A stretch of 64,000 nucleotides of DNA from positions 186,001 through 250,000 of the forward strand of contig JABWCP010000004.1 in the NCBI GenBank assembly GCA_013360215.1, in the 5' to 3' direction. The notes below the pieces were generated by a model that saw nothing but the letters and a program-made list of their open reading frames with translations, was not told the DNA's origin and did no database searches. The translations under genes and the position numbers were made by a program. Origin of the DNA: a bacterium (GTDB lineage Bacteria; CLD3; SB21). Below are positions 57,983 through 64,000 of this stretch, piece after piece (the stretch's first letter is position 1; every line of letters begins with the position of its first letter).

Positions 57983-59785
57983 TTAAGAAGTTGCGGTTTC
58001 CGGAGTCGGCTCCTGAGCCGGTCTGCGGCAATCGTATTCTTTACCGTTGTATGTAAATACATCAAGTTGGTAATCTTTGAGTTCACGTCGCGCATAATCC
58101 TGTGCCATACCGGTCGTAATAAAGTAATCAACAATATCCGAATCCAAGTGGCCATCCTTGACCATGAAGCCGAGAATTTTGATACATTCAGAAATTTTCT
58201 TTCCGGGTTTATACGGGCGATCGGCAGCTGTTAAGGCTTCAAATACGTCGGCGACGGCCATAATACGTTGTTGTGTATTGAGTTGTTCTGCCGTAAGTCC
58301 GTACGGATAACCCTTACCATTAAGCGCTTCGTGGTGCGCGCCGGCCCATTCGGTAACACGGCTAAGCTTATTGGGCCACGGCAATTGCTGAAGCATTTTG
58401 ATCGTGAGAACGACGTGATCCTGGATTTTTTTACGTTCTTCTTCTGTCAGCGTACCGCGGCGGATGGAGAGATTATACACTTCATTTTCGGTGAGCAGTT
58501 GCATTTCCTGCCCTTCCATCATGATTTTCTGCTGAGCGATATTACGCAGACGCTCCAGTTTGGCGTCCTCCATAAATTCACCGCCGATATTACATACTTT
58601 GATAAATGCGGCGTCGTCTTCTATTTGTTTTTTCTTTTGTGCGTAGCTTTCTTCTAAGGCGCTTAATTTTTTCTTTTTATCGCGCACTTTGGAAGTTTCT
58701 ATTTTTGCTCGTTCACGAATATAACGAACTTCTTCCTCACGTTTAAGCACTTCAAACTTAGCCATCACCGTGTGAATACGATCGTAAATAGTTTCCAGTT
58801 TTGTGGATTTATCAACGACATATTCCGGTGTGGTGATTTTTCCGATATCGTGCATCCAGCCTGCGATACGGAGTTCGTTGTGTTCGTCTTCGTTCATCGT
58901 GAAATCTTTGTACTTCCCTTCGGAAGTATCGCTCATAGAGCGCGCCATAGCGGAAGTAAGTTCCGCTACACGACGGATGTGGCCGCCGGTATAAGGTGAT
59001 TTTTCGTCGATCGCGGCCGCGATAACTTGGATAAACGAATCTAAGAGGGCACGGAGATCATTGATAAGCGTGGTATTTGTGATGGCTACCGCCGCTTGCG
59101 AAGCAAGCGATTCGATCAGTTCCTGATAATCCACAGAGAAAGGAATTGTCGTACCATCGTGCGCTTTGGCATTGAGCAACTGAACGACGCCGATGATCTC
59201 ATTTTCGTGATTGCGCATGGCAATCACCATCATGGATTTGGAGCGATACCCGGTGTTCTTATCAAACGCTTTTGTTCCTTGAAAATCGAAACCTTCGACA
59301 TCGTACACATCCGGTATATTGACGGTATTACCAGTCAGCGCAACATAAGCCGAAACTTGTTGTTCATTGCGTGTGCCATCGTCCTTGATCAGTTTTACCG
59401 GAGGAAAAGGAATGGTTTTTCCGCTCGTACCACCCATGGCGAAGTTGAGAGACTTGGTACGCATGATCTTAAAAGCGATACCGCGGTCATCGGGAGTTTT
59501 TATATACAAGGTACCGCCATCTGCGTTGGTAAAGCTCATCGCTTCAACGACGATCATTTCCAAAAGTGCGTCGAGGTTTCGTTCCGATGACAGCGCCGAT
59601 CCGATGCGGGTAAGTTTCTTCTCATGTACCAACTGATTTTCGGTAAAACTACGAATCAATCCAATAATACGATCAGTCCGGTCAGCCGACAAATCCGTCA
59701 AATGCGACACGATTTCTTCCAATAATTTTTGGACAATCGGGTGGTCTGAGTATTTCATAGTGGTTGTGATTTCCTGCGCGCTCAT
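57983..59785 (-). CDS. GAF + HD-GYP cyclic-dinucleotide phosphodiesterase
   Basis: GAF (ADGGTLY, FD..TGYRSKS); HIRRV, WMHDIGK, HHE.LNG.GYP, ADVFEALTA.DRPYK. Start inferred. Confidence 0.9.
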   Translation of the reverse strand: MSAQEITTTMKYSDHPIVQKLLEEIVSHLTDLSADRTDRIIGLIRSFTENQLVHEKKLTRIGSALSSERNLDALLEMIVVEAMSFTNADGGTLYIKTPDDRGIAFKIMRTKSLNFAMGGTSGKTIPFPPVKLIKDDGTRNEQQVSAYVALTGNTVNIPDVYDVEGFDFQGTKAFDKNTGYRSKSMMVIAMRNHENEIIGVVQLLNAKAHDGTTIPFSVDYQELIESLASQAAVAITNTTLINDLRALLDSFIQVIAAAIDEKSPYTGGHIRRVAELTSAMARSMSDTSEGKYKDFTMNEDEHNELRIAGWMHDIGKITTPEYVVDKSTKLETIYDRIHTVMAKFEVLKREEEVRYIRERAKIETSKVRDKKKKLSALEESYAQKKKQIEDDAAFIKVCNIGGEFMEDAKLERLRNIAQQKIMMEGQEMQLLTENEVYNLSIRRGTLTEEERKKIQDHVVLTIKMLQQLPWPNKLSRVTEWAGAHHEALNGKGYPYGLTAEQLNTQQRIMAVADVFEALTAADRPYKPGKKISECIKILGFMVKDGHLDSDIVDYFITTGMAQDYARRELKDYQLDVFTYNGKEYDCRRPAQEPTPETATS

Positions 59786-59833
59786 AATCTCTCTCGATAC
59801 GGTAAAACCGTGGTCTTTAATGATCAACAATGA

Positions 59834-60391
59834 TCAACGGGAACGGTAAGCATTCCATGATTTGTGAATCACGGCGGCCAAAGTACATTTGATAAAATCA
59901 CCGGCAATAAAAGGTAAAAATCCTAACGAAAAAGCCGTGGCCATGCCCTGACCGGTATAAAGCTTGAGTTGTAAGGTGCCGATCAAAAGAACAGGTAAAC
60001 TGGCGAGGAAAAAGGCACCGATATTGTAAAGCAAATTGGACTCTTTCATAACAAGCATACCGGTAAGAAAAGCCATGATCGGAAAAGCCAGCAAGTAACC
60101 GCCGGTGGGCCCGATAAGATATGCGATCGTGGATGCGCCGCCGGCAAAAACGGGCAAACCGCAGATACCGTAGAATAAATAAGCCGCCTGACTCAAAGCG
60201 CCACGACGAGCACCTAACAAAGCGCCGGACAAAGATACCATAAGCGTTTGCAGTGTGATCGGTACCGGTGTAAAAAATAACGGTACTTCAATCCACGCAG
60301 AAACCGCCGTAAGTATGGAAAAACCGATGACCAAAAGAAAATCTTTGAGCATTCCTGCGTCAACGGCTATGGCTTTGGATTTGGAGTTCAT
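59834..60391 (-). CDS. bioY: Biotin transporter BioY
   Basis: PVPITLQT, GLPVFAGG, GPTGGYL, PFI.GD..K. Confidence 0.95.
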   Translation of the reverse strand: MNSKSKAIAVDAGMLKDFLLVIGFSILTAVSAWIEVPLFFTPVPITLQTLMVSLSGALLGARRGALSQAAYLFYGICGLPVFAGGASTIAYLIGPTGGYLLAFPIMAFLTGMLVMKESNLLYNIGAFFLASLPVLLIGTLQLKLYTGQGMATAFSLGFLPFIAGDFIKCTLAAVIHKSWNAYRSR

Positions 60392-60506
60392 ATACGTGAT
60401 CAATCCTTACATTAAAAATATGTTAACAGATAGGGTTTGATAACCTCTTATGTGAGAACGGTCAAATGTACATCCGTGATTGACCTACCGCAAGTTATTT
60501 TTAATC

Positions 60507-62135
60507 TTAATTTTGCGAAGGTGAATCACTGACAACAGCCTCCTCAATACGCGCTTCATCAACGGCAGGGGAGGTACTATTGGTATATCGTACGACGCGG
60601 CGCTCGCGAATCACAACAACCTTAATCTGACCGGGGTATTGCATTTCGTTCTGAATTTTTTGTGCGACATTGGAGCTCAGCATGGCCGACTGGGCATCAT
60701 CCATTTTTTCGGCTTCGACGACGATGCGAATTTCGCGTCCGGCGAAAATAGCATATACTTTAGAAACGCCGTCAAATTGTTGAGCGATTTGTTCCAATTT
60801 TTCGATCCGTGCGCCATACGCTTCCAGCGGTTCACGGCGCGCGCCGGGGCGAGAACCGGAAATAATGTCGGCTGCCGTAACAAGTTGTGAAATCGGGTGG
60901 ATCGGTTCGGCTTCGTCGTGATGTGCGAGTACCGAGTTAATTACGACCTCGTGCTCTTTGCAGCGCGTCGTAACTTCGACACCGATCGTGACGTGACTTC
61001 CTTCGTTTTCGTTACTGGTGGCCTTACCGATATCATGAAACAAACCTGCGCGGCGCGCAAGCTGAACATCATAGCCGAGTTCAGATGCCATATTACCGGC
61101 TAGCAAGGCGACTTCTTTGCTGTGTTGTAAAACATTTTGACCATAGCTGGTACGGTACTTCAGACGACCCAGCATTTGTTTCATTTCCGGTGCGACATTT
61201 TTAATGTTTAGCGAATTGAGCACTTCATCGGAAGCTTTATTCATTGCTGTTTCGACTTGTTTTTTGCAACGCTCGACAACGTCTTCAATAAACTCGGGCT
61301 GGATATTCGGCGTCTCCGTGAGGCGCAACATTGCTAATCTGGCGATTTCGCGTTTCACAGGATCCATCGAAGAAAGAACAAGCACTTCGGGGGTATCGTC
61401 AATAATGACCTTCACGCCCGTGATTTGTTCAAATGCTTTGATGTTTCGCCCTTCACGCCCGATGATCGCGCCTTTGATCTTTTCATTGGGTAAATCCACC
61501 GTTGTGAGGGTTATCTCGGCCGTTTGATCGGAAGCTAAACGCTGGATGGCGTCCGATATAATCCATTTGGCCTCGAAACTTGCTTTCTGCGTAGCTTCAC
61601 TTTTCATTTGGAGCATCAGTTCGGCGGCTTCTTTTTGGGCCCGTTGCGCAACACTTTCCAAAAACTGTTTCTTCGCTTCTTCGTAGGACAACTTGGTAAT
61701 GTTTTCTAATTTTTCCATCTGCTGATGGATGACCGATTCGACATGTTGGGCGCGCGTCTGGAGTTGCTCTTGCTGCGTCGTAAGATCTTTTTGTGAACGT
61801 TGGAGCAGTTGTTCTTTTTCGACAGTACCGCTCATTTTGTTGCGGATTTCGCGTTCGCGGTTAACCAGCTTTTGCTCGTACTGTTTAAGGCGTTTTTCAC
61901 GTTCGTCCGTTTCACTGACGATTTTCATTTTGATCTGATGCCAACGTTGTTTGGATTTGACTTCAGCTTCGTTGCGTATGGTTTCGGCTTCACGTTTAGC
62001 TTCGCGTATGGTGTTTTCGGCGATTTTGCGAATTTCCGATACTTTGTTTTTTCCGAAATAAGTTGCAAAGACCCATCCGAGAATAAACATCACAATGCCC
62101 GCGGCGCACATGATGATAATAGATAAACTATCCAT
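60507..62135 (-). CDS. rny: Ribonuclease Y
   Basis: N-terminal TM, coiled coil, KH (IIGREGRNI), RTSYGQN, HDIGK, SRPGARRE, AGRE.R, YPGQIKV.VIRE. Confidence 0.95.
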   Translation of the reverse strand: MDSLSIIIMCAAGIVMFILGWVFATYFGKNKVSEIRKIAENTIREAKREAETIRNEAEVKSKQRWHQIKMKIVSETDEREKRLKQYEQKLVNREREIRNKMSGTVEKEQLLQRSQKDLTTQQEQLQTRAQHVESVIHQQMEKLENITKLSYEEAKKQFLESVAQRAQKEAAELMLQMKSEATQKASFEAKWIISDAIQRLASDQTAEITLTTVDLPNEKIKGAIIGREGRNIKAFEQITGVKVIIDDTPEVLVLSSMDPVKREIARLAMLRLTETPNIQPEFIEDVVERCKKQVETAMNKASDEVLNSLNIKNVAPEMKQMLGRLKYRTSYGQNVLQHSKEVALLAGNMASELGYDVQLARRAGLFHDIGKATSNENEGSHVTIGVEVTTRCKEHEVVINSVLAHHDEAEPIHPISQLVTAADIISGSRPGARREPLEAYGARIEKLEQIAQQFDGVSKVYAIFAGREIRIVVEAEKMDDAQSAMLSSNVAQKIQNEMQYPGQIKVVVIRERRVVRYTNSTSPAVDEARIEEAVVSDSPSQN

Positions 62136-62204
62136 AACTATCCTGTAAGTTTCTTAAGTTTTAACTGTGTTTTTAACGAAGTCTATAATCATTAGTATAG
62201 ACGT

Positions 62205-62228
62205 AAAAAACCGCGCACAAGCGGTTTT
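62205..62228 (-). terminator. Probable intrinsic terminator after the sensor kinase
   Basis: Minus strand aaaaccgc-ttgtgc-gcgg followed by tttttt. Confidence 0.6.
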
Positions 62229-62348
62229 CACTACAATGAAGAATTTAGAATTTTGTGACTCAAATAGCAAGGAAAGAACAACGAATATGCGGCGTTGTGA
62301 TCGAAGGTAAAACGTCATGCGAAAAGAGAAGAGAAGCTTAATTTGCTT

Positions 62349-64000
62349 TCAGTTGTACTCATTATAACAAGGTACAGAAAAACTAAATCGCGAACCCTTG
62401 CCTTTTTCGCTGGTAACCCATACGCGTCCACCGTGCAGTTCAATCACCTTTTTGACGATGGCCAGACCGAGTCCCGTGCTGACTTCTCCGGCTGTCGGAC
62501 GTGCGCTGAGCTTCTGATACGATTTGAATACTTTGTTAAGGTCTTCTTGCGAGAGGCCTTGTCCTGTATCTTCGACATGAACGCAAACTTCACGATCGGT
62601 AGGTTCACAAAAAACCCGCACCGCACCGCCGGGATGAGTGTATTTGATCGCATTGGAGAGCAAGTTATCCATTACTTCCAAAATCCGGTTGCGATCGACA
62701 AATACATTGGGCATGAGTAAGGGTCGCTCGACAGCTAAACGAATATTTTTTTGTTCGGCGGCACGACGATGCAGATTTTCACACTCGTCTATGATGCGTT
62801 GCAAACTTTCGCTGTGTTTTTCCAAGTTAACTTTACCGGCTTCGATGGAACTCCAATCCAACAATGTCGAAACCAGATTTGCCATTTGTTGCGACACTTT
62901 ATGTACGGTATCCAAGTCGTTTTCAATATCTCGCATCGTAGCGTGTCCGTGCCGGATATCGTTGATCATAAGTTGTACGTAACCGATGATCGTCGTCAAA
63001 GGATTTCGAAGATCGTGAGCCGCAATACCGAGGAATTCGTTTTTCTTTTGATTGAGGATTTCAAGTTCTTCGTTTTTGATTTTCAGTTCAGTCGTACGCT
63101 CATTGATGATGTTTTCAAGGCGGCGATTGTATTGCTCCACTCTTTGAAGGCGCAGCCGGTGAAACGACCACAACGCCAAGGTGATCAAAACAACGATGGC
63201 CAAACGAAAATACCAAGTTTTCCAGAATGGCGGTAAAACATGCAATGTGAGTCGTGTCGGTGACTCACACCATACGCCGTCGTTATTGGATGCTTTTATC
63301 AAAAACGTATAATCACCGGGTGCGAGGGTGTTATACGATGCCGAACGCCGTTCATCGCTGTAAATCCAATGTTCGTCCAAGCCGTCGAGTTTATAGGCGT
63401 ATTTATTTTTTAGTGAATTGGTGTATTCGAGCGCGCTGAACTGAAATGTAAGCCATGTGACGGATGATTCGAGGGTAAGTTCGTCCAATCCAAATGTCGA
63501 ACGTTCAATGGTAGATTCACCGTTATGCAGCGTATAGCCGGTGATCTGAGGTTTTACAGCGATCTGGTTAAAAACCAACTTGCGAGTATTGACTGAAACT
63601 ATGCCGTGTACACCGCCGAAATAAAGCGTTCCGTCGTTTGATAAATAATGCGCACCTTGTGCAAAAATATTGGAAGGAAGTTTGTCCACGACATTAAAAT
63701 TTCTAAAAGCAAACTGATTATCCGGTATATACCTCAGTTGCGAGAGTCCGTTATTGGTAGATATCCAAAAATGATCCGGTCCGGTAGGAATGATATTATA
63801 TACAGCATCGGACGGTAAACCATCGGCTATGGAAATGGAACGAAATGTTTCTTGTCGAATATCCATCAAACTTATACCATTGCCGTCCGTACCGATCCAA
63901 AGATGCGGATGAGCCGTATCCGGATCCAATGCGATGGTCATAATTTCATTTCCCGAAATGCTATTTTTATAAGACGGGTTACCTTTAAAATGTTTCCAAT
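62349..64000 (-). CDS. Sensor histidine kinase with periplasmic Reg_prop beta-propeller and Y_Y_Y domain (5' end outside the window)
   Basis: LWIGT..G and GLPS repeats; Y_Y_Y (YAYKL.G.D..W...Y..L.PG.YTF); PPFWKTW + TM; AHDLRNPL, NLLSNAIKY, DTGQG, TGLGL. Frame is open to the window edge. Confidence 0.92.
   Translation of the reverse strand, partial: WKHFKGNPSYKNSISGNEIMTIALDPDTAHPHLWIGTDGNGISLMDIRQETFRSISIADGLPSDAVYNIIPTGPDHFWISTNNGLSQLRYIPDNQFAFRNFNVVDKLPSNIFAQGAHYLSNDGTLYFGGVHGIVSVNTRKLVFNQIAVKPQITGYTLHNGESTIERSTFGLDELTLESSVTWLTFQFSALEYTNSLKNKYAYKLDGLDEHWIYSDERRSASYNTLAPGDYTFLIKASNNDGVWCESPTRLTLHVLPPFWKTWYFRLAIVVLITLALWSFHRLRLQRVEQYNRRLENIINERTTELKIKNEELEILNQKKNEFLGIAAHDLRNPLTTIIGYVQLMINDIRHGHATMRDIENDLDTVHKVSQQMANLVSTLLDWSSIEAGKVNLEKHSESLQRIIDECENLHRRAAEQKNIRLAVERPLLMPNVFVDRNRILEVMDNLLSNAIKYTHPGGAVRVFCEPTDREVCVHVEDTGQGLSQEDLNKVFKSYQKLSARPTAGEVSTGLGLAIVKKVIELHGGRVWVTSEKGKGSRFSFSVPCYNEYN

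Noticed and set aside
62136-62348. Possible 6S RNA upstream of rny
   Set aside because: The region is AT-rich with only two short hairpins and no long rod with a central bubble; zapA is not adjacent.

Overview
Chromosomal core and envelope region of a diderm bacterium, probably from the FCB group but outside Bacteroidia. This is inferred from a T9SS/FlgD-type C-terminal sorting domain together with canonical sigma70-like promoters, GGAG-type ribosome-binding sites and RNase Y. Contents in order: (1) a giant beta-propeller/FN3 surface-protein gene broken by a 49-nt deletion frameshift; (2) radical SAM-envC-flippase-thiE-mocA-like genes; (3) a purE-like/DPM1-like/accA/thioesterase/PAP2 lipid cluster; (4) an exported M3 peptidase; (5) a complex I (nuo) operon that lacks nuoB and carries two inserted genes, a VOC protein with a histone-H1-like tail and a Zn-ribbon/TPR ClpA-like AAA+ ATPase placed between nuoM and nuoN behind an intrinsic terminator; (6) ddl, crt and envelope proteins; (7) a putative sphingolipid cluster (bCerS-like GNAT, CerR-like reductase, Aur1/IPC-synthase-like PAP2); (8) thiolase, a cytochrome c/beta-propeller lipoprotein, glyA, a cyclase, a degenerate PAS histidine kinase, prmC, thiD, a GAF-HD-GYP protein, bioY, rny and a truncated beta-propeller sensor kinase. 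Four envelope or redox genes share an ECF-sigma-type AAY-N16-CGT promoter motif. I saw no rRNA, tRNA, CRISPR array or mobile element. All calls come from motif recognition by eye; no database search was run.
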